Of a stretch of 64,000 nt of DNA, positions 13,541-24,579 are shown in pieces. The notes beneath the pieces were generated by a model. That model worked only from the letters and a program-made list of their open reading frames with translations, was not told the DNA's origin and made no database searches. Position numbers and translations under genes: made by a program. How positions within the stretch are numbered: position 1 is the first letter of the stretch; every line of letters begins with the position of its first letter. The DNA is from Hamiltosporidium tvaerminnensis FI-OER-3-3 (Eukaryota; Fungi; Microsporidia): NCBI GenBank assembly GCA_022605425.2, contig CM061256.1, forward strand, positions 372,001 through 436,000, written 5' to 3'.

Positions 13541-13684
13541 ATGAGTAAAAAGAAAAATCCAATAAACGTTTCTGATTTAGATATTCCATCCTCGATATTT
13601 TTAACTGTTACAGATGAAGAGATTGAAGAGTATCCAATACCAAAAGATAAAATATCAGAATTTGAAATAAATTTTGAAATTTAA
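13541..13684 (+). CDS. Candidate small acidic protein, 47 aa (MSKKKNPINVSDLDIPSSIFLTVTDEEIEEYPIPKDKISEFEINFEI)
   Basis: Translated by hand (below ORF-track cutoff). Preceded by CCACCCCCC about 20 nt upstream of ATG, like the real genes here. Isolated in an otherwise ORF-poor region. Confidence 0.45.
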   Translation: MSKKKNPINVSDLDIPSSIFLTVTDEEIEEYPIPKDKISEFEINFEI

Positions 13685-15713
13685 TTCGTTTAAATGAAAC
13701 ATCTTTTTTATGATTTATATTTTTTATGATTCGTAGTTCTTTTATAATTAATAGTGTTGTATTCTACTACATTATTATGGGTTATTGTATTCTTTCATAA
13801 AATATAAAATTTTTTGTTTTAAACCTCAATGTTCGAAGAAAGGAAACAAAACAACTGAAGTAAAAATATAATTAAACTTTTTCTTTTCCTGAATAATTAT
13901 TTGTTTACACGGATTAACAAACCATTTACTTTAGATAATAGAACCTGTCTCTATCAAAAATACCTTTTATCTGAGTACCTCAAGAGAGGTTACGACAAAT
14001 AACTTTTATATGATTTAACATACTTAGATATTCCAGTTCTCTTGTACTTCTCCGTGTTAGGAATTTTACGATTTTAAGTTTTTATATTGTTCATAGTTTT
14101 TCTATAAAATCAAGTGTCGCCATACTTCTAGCCTGCGAATCATATTTACTTTAATAGAATTCTCGAAGATCAACTACTGATTAGATTTTATACCCACGTT
14201 TTGAAAAGTATTCATATCATCTTTATCATTAATTTTTTTAAATTTAGTGTTAAAAGTTTCATACATACGTTCAAAAAAAGAAAATTGTATGAGAAGATAT
14301 TTTTAAAAAATAATATTAAAATTAAGTGAAATTTTATAAGAGTCTTTTGCCTATACATTTCAATACCCCTCATAAATTTTATCATGTATTTATTTGCGCT
14401 TCCAGTTCTACCTATCTTGTTGAAAAAAAAAACATTCTCTAAAATAAAATACATAAAAAATACTTACAAATATAAATTAACAGATTAGCACATAATGTAA
14501 TTATTGGTAATTTATACTCGTAAATTTAATCTTAATTCTAAGCAATTATCTTCAAACCTTTTCAGTTACATAATTTTCTGAATAGCTACTTATGTCACAT
14601 ATTTTTTGTTATTTCATTTTGTTTTGTTAGTTCAAAATAATAGAAAATATAAATATATTCTACAAAAAAAATTGTTGAAAACCAAATAAAGTTTCTTATC
14701 ATTCCAAATTCAGAATTAAACAAAATATATAAAACTCTTTAAAAAAAGTTTTAACTTGAAATTTATTAATTAAAAAATTAGATATTCATTTTAAAATTAT
14801 CTATGATTGTACTTTTATTTGTATAATTTATTGTTTTTTTTTATTTTATTTTCAGATTTGATTTATAAAGATACGCTTACTCATAAAAAAAATGTTAGCG
14901 GCCATAAAAAGATAATATAAGAACACTACCACATAATAAAGGATTAAAATCCACTGCTCTAAATAATAAAAACCAATAACAAGTTTCTTTTTTGCTTTTA
15001 AATAGTTATTTAAGTTTCTTTTTTGTTTTTAAATAACTATTTAAAGTTTCTTTTTTAACCAAAGAATAGTATTCTTTCTATATATTGTTCTCAATCTATA
15101 ATTCAAAATAAAAAAGTATATTTCTAACAATAATAATATTACTATCTCACCCAACAAAAATATTAAAATATAAAAACAAGAATTTATACACATGTATTCA
15201 TAAATCTTTAAATAAAATAATTATTTACTTCTCCTAACATATTGAAAAAACCAATATTCTTATATTTCTTTAATCACTTATATTACTTATATTACTTTAT
15301 AGTCTCAAATAATCTAGAATAATATAAAACTACTCTTCTTACTATCTTAAATAAAACTCAATACCGTTCCAGATTTCTCACACGCACCTACAAATTATTT
15401 CAATTTTTAAATACAATTACATAATACTATCCTCTTTAACAAAAATACAATATAATCACTCCCTATCTTCATTAAATCTAAGTCTATTTTAATCCAAGAA
15501 TAAATAAAAATATAAACTTAGATACTTACAATAAAAATATTTAATTTAATTAATATATCTTTAATCTAAGAATAAGCCAGATTTATTATCGTATCATTTT
15601 AATAATATTAGTATAGTGTAACATCATTATATAACAATTATAATTACTGTTAATTTCTAAATGTTATAATTCATCTTAATTCTTAATTCTTAATAACTTA
15701 ATATTTTAATAAT

Positions 15714-16516
15714 CACTTTATTTAAAAATATCACATCTTTTTACAATAGTGGCAAGTGTTATATTTGTTTTCATGACATTAACGCAGTTCTAGGTTTAAC
15801 ATAAATGACTGCTACCCCAACACTCCATCGGTAACCCCTGCTATACCTACGTCCCAAAGCCTTTCATCTACCAGGTGTGTAGAACCTAATTAATAGGCGA
15901 GGCAGTTGCCCGGAGTTCGTTAATGTCCGTTGCATGGAGTGTGATCGAAGGCCGAAGCCCCCCCTGGGCTCCCCCAAGACTATGCAGCATTCCCACTTAC
16001 TCTACACTTTCTGAACCCAATAAACTTCTAGCTAAGATATATTTCAGAGATTTACATGGGATCCACCTAGACAGTGCAATGTCATACCAACAGGTATAAC
16101 CTGCTACTTAGCTCTCCCGGCTTTTAATGGGTTTTATTTTTATATCTCCCAGGCGCTAAGTCTTCTAACCCGAGTGAGCAAGGCTAGGTTTCCATGCTTT
16201 TACGTGGCAATTACCTACATGTTCAGCTGCGGTCTGCAATCTGGTTACATAAAAAACTACAAATAAATTCGTAGAAAAAGTTTCACCATTTCTTAGACCT
16301 CTCCTCCTCATAACAACTCCCATGGAACAACCGAAGATGTAGTGTGGTTGTATTCCCACCAAAAATCCAAACAATGATCTCACACCAGTTTCACACACTC
16401 ATTGCCATGCAGAAAGTTTTTTATGTGGTTATCCTCCCTTCACCTATTATGTGGTTATTCTCCCTCCACCTATGTGGTTATCCTCCCTCCACCTATGTGG
16501 TTATCCTCCCTCCACC
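15714..16516 (-). mobile_element. SINE-like element, copy 2, with 4x terminal 23-mer
   Basis: Near-identical to 51421-52148. TSD TTAATATTTTAATAAT at 15698-15713 and 16517-16532. TATGTGGTTATCCTCCCTCCACC x4 at 16422-16516. Confidence 0.9.
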
Positions 16517-16532
16517 TTAATATTTTAATAAT

Positions 16533-16680
16533 ATCTTAATATCCTACTATCTTAACATCCTAATATCCTAGTATCTTAACATCCTAATATCCTAATATCT
16601 TAGTATCTTAACATCCTAATATCCTAATATCCTAATATTCTAGTATTCTAGTATCCTAGTATCCTAGTATCTTAATATCT
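16533..16680. repeat. Degenerate 8-bp tandem repeat (ATCCTAAT/ATCCTAGT/ATCTTAAC) upstream of CTR9
   Basis: Directly visible. Confidence 0.8.
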
Positions 16681-16841
16681 TATTCCATATTCTTATTAAT
16701 ATCTTAATTATTCATCACCCCATCCAATTCCCTTCTTCTATTCCCCTCCTTCAAATAAAATCGTCAAATAAAATCTCCAAAAAACAATCTCTTAAATCTT
16801 ATAATCTACATTTAAATTCTCTACACCCCACACCCCTAAAC

Positions 16842-19800
16842 ATGTTAACAATACACATAAACACCAACGAGACATACACTCTCGACCCATCAGACCTCCC
16901 AACAAAAAAAAACTTCAAAAATTTTCTTACATTTCTTACCACCTCCAACGTACCAATACCCGACCTATTAAATATAGCACATCATTATAACTCACAGTCA
17001 CACCACATTGAATGTAGAAAAGTTCTTCTTACTTGTGCTGATATTTGTACTTTCTCTGTTAAATACGAACCATACGTTTTATTACTCCTCATATCACACA
17101 TACTAACGTATTATAACGAAGAGAATATTTTTAACGATAAAATCTTTAACAGTAAAGATGAGACTAAAGACAAAGATGAGACTAAAGACAAAGATGAGAC
17201 TAAAGACAAAGATGAGAGTAGTAAACACAAAGATGAGAGTAGTAAACACAAAGATGAGGATAGAGATATGACTAAAGATAAATTAAATACCAATAACTTA
17301 TATACCAATACAAGTATATCTAACACAAGTATATCTAACACATCTAATACCAACACATATACTAATACAAATACTAACACATATGCTAATAACGACACAC
17401 TCCTTAATAAACACTTTAAAAGACTTGAAACCCTCTCACTAACACCACCACACACATCACTTCTATCTCTCCTCAAAGCATTTTACTGTCTCCACAAAAA
17501 CAAAACAGACACTTCACTCTTCCTCTTCAACAACACATCCACCCCTCTAACACGTACAGGTATAGAAATATCATATTTTCTTACTAATACCCCATTTAAT
17601 TACACACACCCACTTTTAAAAGTTTTATATTTTTATAATAAAAACGATTCTTCTTTTTGTATTAAAGATTTAGAAATACTTATTAATCAGTATCCCTTAG
17701 TCAGTAACTACATATACCGTATCAAGGGATGTAATAACAATAATAATAGTGATACTAGTAGGGATATGTGTATAGATAATAGTAGGGATACTAGTAGGGA
17801 TACTAGTAGGGATATATGTAAGGATACTAGTAGGGATAATAGTAGGGATACTAGTAGGGATAGTAATACTAGTAAGGATACTATTAGGGATAAGAGTAAT
17901 ATAGATAATAAATTAATAGATAGTAAATTAATAGATAATAGTAATCCCTTTACTGATGACACCAATACCAACACCAATACTAATACTAATACTAATACTA
18001 ATACTAATACTAATACTAATACTAATACCAATACTAATACTAATACTAATACTAATACTAATACTAATACTAATACTAATACTAATACTAATACTAATAC
18101 TAATCTTGATATCCTTCTAACTGATTGTTACTCTCTTATTACTACTAACCCTTATAAAGCTATTAATATATTAAAACCACTTTTAAATTTAAATATCTCA
18201 GAAATATTTTATTTAACCGGTAAATTTTACCATTTAAATAAAGAAATACAAAATGCTTTAAAATATTATAATTTAAGTGTTAATATAGATAATTATATAC
18301 CAGCTAAGTATAACATATGCCGTATCAAAGGAGAAGTATTTAGCAATAATACTTTGGTATATAACAGGGGTAATAGTAATAATGGTTTGGTAAGTAGTAA
18401 TAGTAGTAATATATTAGTAAGTAACAGGGGTAGTAATAATTATATTAGTAGTAATAATTATAACAACTATACTAATAATTATAACAACACTACTAATAAC
18501 CATAACAACTATACTAATAACCATAACAACTATACTACTACCCCCTTTATACCCTCACCACAACTCTATATGTATATGGCTTATACTTCTTTAAAAAATA
18601 AAAATACAAATTTAGATTTAAAAAATTTAAATTTAGAATTTTATAATGTATGTAGTGTTATTATAGATGAAATAAAAGGTAGAGAAAGTGTATTTATTAA
18701 ATATGAAAAGATAAGAAATAATAAGTATGTTAAATCATATGTAGTAGAGAATAATATAGTATATCACAAGTACAAGGACATAGTGTATGAGAATATGGAT
18801 TATAGTATGGGTAGTATGGATAATAGTATGGATATTAGTAATATGGATATTAATTTAGATAATAGTAATAGGGATATTAGTAGGGATATTAATTTAGATA
18901 ATAGTAATAGGGATATTAATTTAGATAATGGTAATACTAACAACAATACACCCAATACAAATACACATCCCCTATCTCTTCTTGATTCTGCTCTTTCTAC
19001 AGCTGATGAATCTAATATAACCACAATAATGTACAACCGTTCATTTTTCTGTACAAAACAAGAAAATATAAATATTTTAAAAGAATTATTAAAAAAAGAA
19101 AATAAAATAGAATATTTATTAAGATTAGGATATTTAGAACAAGATATAGAATATTATAAAGAGTGTTGTAGTAATGAGACAGTATATGGATTTAATGCTA
19201 TGGCTAGTGTATATATAAGAGATAGTTATTGTATGGCTAGAAGAGTATTAGAGTGTAGTAAAGGTAGTTTATATGGATGTATACTTCTAGGATACATAGG
19301 TATTGTTAGTGGTAAGGATAGTGGGGGTGGTGGTAGTAGGGGTGTAGGTAGGGATAGTATTAGTAATAGTATTAGTAGTAAATATAGTAGTAACCATCCT
19401 AATACTAATAATATTAGTCTTGCTCTTGATTGGTTCTTGAAAGGTCTTAAGTATAATAGTAAGTCTCCTTACTGTTGTTTAGGTGTTGGTCTGTGTTTAG
19501 TAGAAAAAGGATTTAAAAAAGAAGGTATTGATATATTAAAAGGGTGTTATAGAGAAGTAAGAGAAGTTAGTTATAATTTAGGTAAAATATTTTATGATAG
19601 CAAAGACTATAAAGAGAGTCTTAAGTGGTACATAGAGTATTACAGGGGTATTAATAATACTACTTATAATAATAGTAAGGATAGTGATACTACTTATACT
19701 AATAGTAAAGAAATAAATACTAATGTTACTTATAATACTACTAACACAAAGAATACTAATGCTAATGTTACTTATAATAACACTAATACTACTAACACTA

Positions 19801-20258
19801 ATACTACTAATACTAATACTAATGTTACTTATAATAAGTTCCTGAGGTGCTTAAGAGATAGAATAATAGTATTAGCTTTAAGACTAGGAGAGGATACTAG
19901 TAATAATAAAGCTAATGGTAATATTGTAAGTAGTATGGCTAATAATAGTACTTATACCAGTAAAGGTAATACTTATACTAACAATATTACTGGTGTTGGT
20001 TCTGTTGAGTATCTGTTGGATGGGGTGTTGGAGTGTGTTGGTATGGAAGAAGAAGTATTGATCTGTAAAATAAGGATGATGGTTGAGAGAAATGAATTGG
20101 AAATAAAAAAATATTTAAAATATTTAAGTGGTGATAATAAGAGGAGAGTGTTAGAGTGGGTTGAGAGGAAGAGGAAGGGTAATGAGGAGGAGAGGAATAG
20201 AGTGGAGAAAAAGGTTAAGGAGTTAGAGGAGTATAGGAAGAGAATGAGGAGAGTATAG
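16842..20258 (+). CDS. CTR9: Paf1-complex TPR subunit Ctr9 with in-frame low-complexity (N/T/S/D) insertions
   Basis: N-terminus TIHINTNETYTLDPSDLP resembles Ctr9 IEIPL..EVIELDFDQLP. TPR segments SEIFYLTGKFYH, TTIMYN, EYLLRLG and ALDWFLKGLKYNSKSPYCCLGVGLCLVEKG..VSYNLGKIF occur in Ctr9 order. Charged C-terminal coil; CCCC upstream of ATG. Alignment is from memory. Confidence 0.72.
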   Translation: MLTIHINTNETYTLDPSDLPTKKNFKNFLTFLTTSNVPIPDLLNIAHHYNSQSHHIECRKVLLTCADICTFSVKYEPYVLLLLISHILTYYNEENIFNDKIFNSKDETKDKDETKDKDETKDKDESSKHKDESSKHKDEDRDMTKDKLNTNNLYTNTSISNTSISNTSNTNTYTNTNTNTYANNDTLLNKHFKRLETLSLTPPHTSLLSLLKAFYCLHKNKTDTSLFLFNNTSTPLTRTGIEISYFLTNTPFNYTHPLLKVLYFYNKNDSSFCIKDLEILINQYPLVSNYIYRIKGCNNNNNSDTSRDMCIDNSRDTSRDTSRDICKDTSRDNSRDTSRDSNTSKDTIRDKSNIDNKLIDSKLIDNSNPFTDDTNTNTNTNTNTNTNTNTNTNTNTNTNTNTNTNTNTNTNTNTNTNTNTNLDILLTDCYSLITTNPYKAINILKPLLNLNISEIFYLTGKFYHLNKEIQNALKYYNLSVNIDNYIPAKYNICRIKGEVFSNNTLVYNRGNSNNGLVSSNSSNILVSNRGSNNYISSNNYNNYTNNYNNTTNNHNNYTNNHNNYTTTPFIPSPQLYMYMAYTSLKNKNTNLDLKNLNLEFYNVCSVIIDEIKGRESVFIKYEKIRNNKYVKSYVVENNIVYHKYKDIVYENMDYSMGSMDNSMDISNMDINLDNSNRDISRDINLDNSNRDINLDNGNTNNNTPNTNTHPLSLLDSALSTADESNITTIMYNRSFFCTKQENINILKELLKKENKIEYLLRLGYLEQDIEYYKECCSNETVYGFNAMASVYIRDSYCMARRVLECSKGSLYGCILLGYIGIVSGKDSGGGGSRGVGRDSISNSISSKYSSNHPNTNNISLALDWFLKGLKYNSKSPYCCLGVGLCLVEKGFKKEGIDILKGCYREVREVSYNLGKIFYDSKDYKESLKWYIEYYRGINNTTYNNSKDSDTTYTNSKEINTNVTYNTTNTKNTNANVTYNNTNTTNTNTTNTNTNVTYNKFLRCLRDRIIVLALRLGEDTSNNKANGNIVSSMANNSTYTSKGNTYTNNITGVGSVEYLLDGVLECVGMEEEVLICKIRMMVERNELEIKKYLKYLSGDNKRRVLEWVERKRKGNEEERNRVEKKVKELEEYRKRMRRV
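17961..18104 (+). repeat. (ACTAAT/ACCAAT)~24 hexamer microsatellite encoding poly(Thr-Asn)
   Basis: Directly visible; 144 bp, in frame. Confidence 0.95.
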
Positions 20259-20511
20259 GAGTAGTATATGTAGTACATGAGTAGGAATAGAGTGGAGAAG
20301 AATATTAAGGAGTTAGAGAAGTATATGAGTAGTATAAGTAGTAGGGTTAGATATATATTAGTATAAGAGTATAAGTAGAAAAGTAGAAGTAGAAGAGTAA
20401 AAGTAGAAGTAGAAGAGTATAAGTAGAAGAGTATAAGTATTATACAAATTATAAGTAGTATAGTAAAAGAATTTATAGTAGAGGGAGTCTAAAATTTATG
20501 TGTTAATTAAA

Positions 20512-21274
20512 TTATTTAATAAAATTCAGAGTTAAAATATTTTTTAACATTTTTATATGTTTTCTTTCTACCTCTTTAACCACTACTGTCTCTTCTTCCA
20601 AATCCGACTCTTCATTTATGTTATTGGTCGGTTCCTCCAAAGTGGTTCCTCATTGATAAATAAAGGGTGTATTATTTTGGTTTAAATTTTAACACCATCT
20701 TCCTCTCTCTTCGCTTCTTTTAAAGGGGGTGTTGGTTCTTTATGGATCTCTGATCTCATAATAACACCCATTGACGCTCTCTCCCAGCTCTCTTCGGCAT
20801 TTAGTCCTGACTCAAGTCCTTTTCGTCGATCAAAGGAAATTGTTTCGACTGTCTTCTTAAGTACTATAGACTGAATGTATGCTTCTACATTCATGGGTAT
20901 TTCTAGTCTTTTAAGATGAGATTTATGGTATTTTGTCACAATACCGTCCCAGGTCATCACATAAGGGATTATCTCAACACCACACCTATAAATAAGATCC
21001 AACTCATTGGCTAGCAGGTCATACTTCCTAAGTTTTTCAGTTTCAACTATTTGAAGTAAATCTTGGGAAGTGATTCCAACTTCAATTAGTGTTATCTTAT
21101 TCTTCTTCTTATCTAAAATAAATGTGTCGGGTCTGTCATTCCGAATTTTAACATCAGATTTAATTCTGGTGTCCACTCTTATCTCTGCATACTCATTATC
21201 AAGAATTTCTTGAACTGAGTGACTCCTAATTCGTTTTGAGGACTTAAACTTATATCTATTTAGGAGAAGTAAGT
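20512..21274 (-). mobile_element. 5'-truncated R4-clade LINE copy (RLE domain and 3' end)
   Basis: RPDTFILD..IEVGIT..EKLRKY restriction-like endonuclease motif. Highly similar to 55192-55955, including the terminal AATTTTATTAAATAA. Confidence 0.92.
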
Positions 21275-21807
21275 TTAATTTAAATATAAGAAAAATAATT
21301 TAGTTCAAAGCTTTTAATTACTTCTTTTAAAGAAGGGGTTATTTTTAAATTATTTTTAAAGAAATTAGAGAATAAATAAGAGAATAAATTTATGGTTTAA
21401 AGCTTATTCTCTACCTTTTTTTTAAAAAAAGGTTATTTTTAAAGAAAGTAGAGAATAAATTCAAGAAAAAAAATAAAAAATTAGAGAATGAATTAAAAGA
21501 AATATAAATACTTAAATATTTTATTCAATAAAATTCTAGGTTTACAAAATTTTCTCTTTCTAAATAATAATTTCCACTATTTCAACTACTTCTATCTCTT
21601 CCTCCAACTCCAACTCTACATTTGTTAAATGCTTAAAATAAATAAATAAAAAAAAAACTTAAAATAAAAGATGATTAAATAAATAGTGAGAAAAAATACT
21701 TAAATAAATAAATACATTACAAATATAAAATACAAACCTAAAATAAATAATACAAAACATAAAATTTTAAATTAAGAAGTTGAAAATATTGTTTATTGGA
21801 ATCTGTT

Positions 21808-22317
21808 TTAATTCTTTCTGGCATATTTTTCAACGCATTCTTTACACTTCTGTCTGTAAAGTTCTCTATCATTAACGTATGTACGAGCTATTTCTGGGAC
21901 AAGTGGGTCTTTTGGGTTTGGTTCGTCTAACCAACTAATTAGTGAAATAATGACTTTCTGTATAGTTAGTGCTGGTGACCAGCTATCGTTAAGTATGTCG
22001 AGGCATATGACACCGTTGGAGTTGATATTTGGGTGGTAAATTTTAGTGAGGAAAATAATTTTTGGTGGTTTGAATGGATAATCTGCTGGAAAGGTAATTC
22101 TTAGGTTGAAGATACCGCCGTGGTAGAAACTACCTTCCGGTGGAATGAGTTTGGCATCCCATTCAAAGAAATTGCCATTTCCTGATGGTTGTATCTCAAA
22201 ACACCTAAATGTTGTGTCTTTAGCCATGTTCTTTGGATCTGATTTCTCTTTGGAAAGTGCTTGCATTTCTTTCATTATTCTTTTTTTTGCAGCGTTGTCT
22301 GCTGATGTTTTGTCCAT
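21808..22317 (-). CDS. UBC4: Ubiquitin-conjugating enzyme E2 (Ubc4/UBE2D-like)
   Basis: KRIMKE, FPADYPFKPPK, YHPNINSNGVICLDIL (catalytic Cys), WSPALT, PNPKDPLVPEIA; ACCC before ATG. Exact subfamily less certain than the E2 call. Confidence 0.9.
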   Translation of the reverse strand: MDKTSADNAAKKRIMKEMQALSKEKSDPKNMAKDTTFRCFEIQPSGNGNFFEWDAKLIPPEGSFYHGGIFNLRITFPADYPFKPPKIIFLTKIYHPNINSNGVICLDILNDSWSPALTIQKVIISLISWLDEPNPKDPLVPEIARTYVNDRELYRQKCKECVEKYARKN

Positions 22318-22490
22318 GGGTATTTGTTTTTTTTTGTTTTTTTATTATTTGTGTCTGCGATATAATTTATTTTTAAATTTGAAAATGTTGTTTTTTTGTA
22401 GGATTTAAAATATTATTATTTGTGTTTTTTGTACTTCTTTGCAGTTTTTTGTCTTTTATATTTTATTATAATTTTTATAATTTTACTGTA

Positions 22491-22589
22491 AAGAGTCGGA
22501 TTTGGAAGAAGAGACAGAAGTGGTTAAGGAGGTAGAAGAAAACATATAAAAAATGGTAAAAATATTTTAACCCAGAATTTTATTAAATA
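22491..22589 (+). mobile_element. ~100-bp extreme 3' fragment of the R4 LINE with 14-bp TSD
   Basis: AAGAGTCGGATTTGGAAGAAGAGACAG...AATTTTATTAAATA matches 55857-55954. ATAATTTTACTGTA repeated at 22477-22490 and 22590-22603. Confidence 0.88.
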
Positions 22590-22845
22590 ATAATTTTACT
22601 GTATTTTTTATAATTTTACTTCTATTTAATATTTTGTATAATTTTTTATAATTTTTTATAATTTTAGTACTTTTTTGTTTTTTTGAATAGAACTTAGAAA
22701 TGCTTTAATTTAAATTATTTTAGAAAAATATGTTTAAAATGGAAGTTTTTTATGGGTTTTTGTTAAAATAAGAAAGATAATTTGATTGTTTTTAAGGTTG
22801 ACGGCTGTATATTAAAAAAAATATTTAAAATATAGGCGAATTATT

Positions 22846-23045
22846 ATAGGGATTTAAATAAAAGGGATTTAAATAAAGGGATTTCAAATAAAGGGAGTAA
22901 AATAAAGGGATTTAAATAAAGGGATTTCAAATAAAGGGAGTAAAATAAAAGGAAAGAATTATAGGCATTGAATTAAAGGGATTAAAATAAAAGGAAAGAA
23001 TTATAGGCATTGAATTACAGGGATTAAATTACAGGGATTAAAAGG
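22846..23045. repeat. Degenerate AAAGGGATTTAAAT-type tandem array upstream of the E2 gene
   Basis: ~14-bp units with GGG cores, plus a larger duplicated unit (AAAATAAAAGGAAAGAATTATAGGCATTGAATT x2). Confidence 0.8.
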
Positions 23046-24579
23046 CTCGATTTAATTAACAGGCTTAAATTACAAGATTTAATTATAATAATCATAGCGT
23101 TATGTGTTTTTATTAACTGTTTTATAGCTATTTAAATAAATAAATATAAATAAATTAATTAAAATAATTATTGGATAAATATAAATGAAGAGAATCTACT
23201 TCTTTCATAGTAAGAAATGTTGTTTGAGACTGAATAATTATTACAAAAATTAAATAATCTTGAGAGTATTTATATTGGTTAGAATTTGAGATTATATAAA
23301 TGGGATCTTAAAATAAAATGATAAGAATGATTTATTTGGTATGAATATGTTTTGTAAAATATTAGAAATATATTGATATATGTAAATTATAAATACTTGG
23401 TATAAATAATTGTAATTTAGATTGTTTGAATAAAATCAATTTAATATTAGTTGTAGATCTGTATGTGGTATGTGGGTGAACAGATTTTTATATTTTAAAT
23501 GGTTATAGATAAATAGATAGACATTAGAACGTATATGTGCTATAGGAAAGGAATTATACTCTTCTAGATGGTCTATGTCAAGGCTTGCCAAACTTTTTGG
23601 CCTGCGGGTTATTTTGACTTTTATAAAAAAATTTGAGAACCAAGAGACTATTATATTTCTATATAAGTTTAGTAAGAAGCATTTGTAATATTTATTATTC
23701 ATACTTTTGAGTTAAATATCTAAGGATCATAAACTTTTTTAATGAAAATAAAATTGTTTCTTAGCAATATTCTTAAAAATAAAAATGGTAAAATAAAAAG
23801 AAATGAATCGATAAATAATTATAGGTTTGATTGAACTATTAAAGTAGGAAAGAGTGGTTTTTTTAATCATATCACTGTGATTGAACATATGATTGAAGTA
23901 TTTGTTAGATGATTTTTTTATTTATACTTTTTATATTTACGCTTGAATCAAAGACCGGGGTCACACATCTTTTTCTTAAGTCATAAATTTTTTATGTAAA
24001 GGTGATTTTGGTCTATAAAATCTGAATAACCAGACATCATTTGCATTCATATCCGGAAAAACCACCCAGAACCCGAGTTGACTAGGCTGTTTCTGGGACT
24101 AATTGAGACATAATCAATACAAAATAGTTTTTGCTTCAAAGATGAGTTAAAATTTCTTGCATGCGTGACATAGGGCTTCTTCTCTTCAGTACTGAATTCA
24201 AGGGCATCGATCATAACTCAGGTCGGTAAGTTGTGCTAAATAATAAACAACAAAATATGTCTTTATGTCTGTGATGATTTAATACTCAATTTTTATCTTT
24301 ACTTCAATCTATATAATAATATTATGCTAACTTAATCAAAAAGATACACCATCTCATTTTCTAATGGAAAACAAAATATAGTGTCTTTATAACTTTAAAG
24401 TTTTGAGTTAGTTGCTTATAAATCGGTAAAGAAATTTATTGGTTCAATTCTTGTTTGAAACTTTGGATGTTTAACTTACTGTATTTACATTTTATTTTTT
24501 CTCTATAATTCGAAAAAAATATTAATACTGACAAAAAAATAAGATAATGTGAATGCAGATCATTTAAAGGGCCATATGA

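Noticed and set aside
16422-16516. 23-bp repeats as a CRISPR array
   Set aside because: No spacers, no cas genes, eukaryotic context.
16533-16680. CCTAA-containing array as telomeric TTAGG repeats
   Set aside because: The unit is a degenerate 8-mer, not tandem 5-mers, and lies internally upstream of a gene.
17111-20278. Minus-strand V/L/S-rich ORFs
   Set aside because: Antisense shadows of CTR9 low-complexity repeats.
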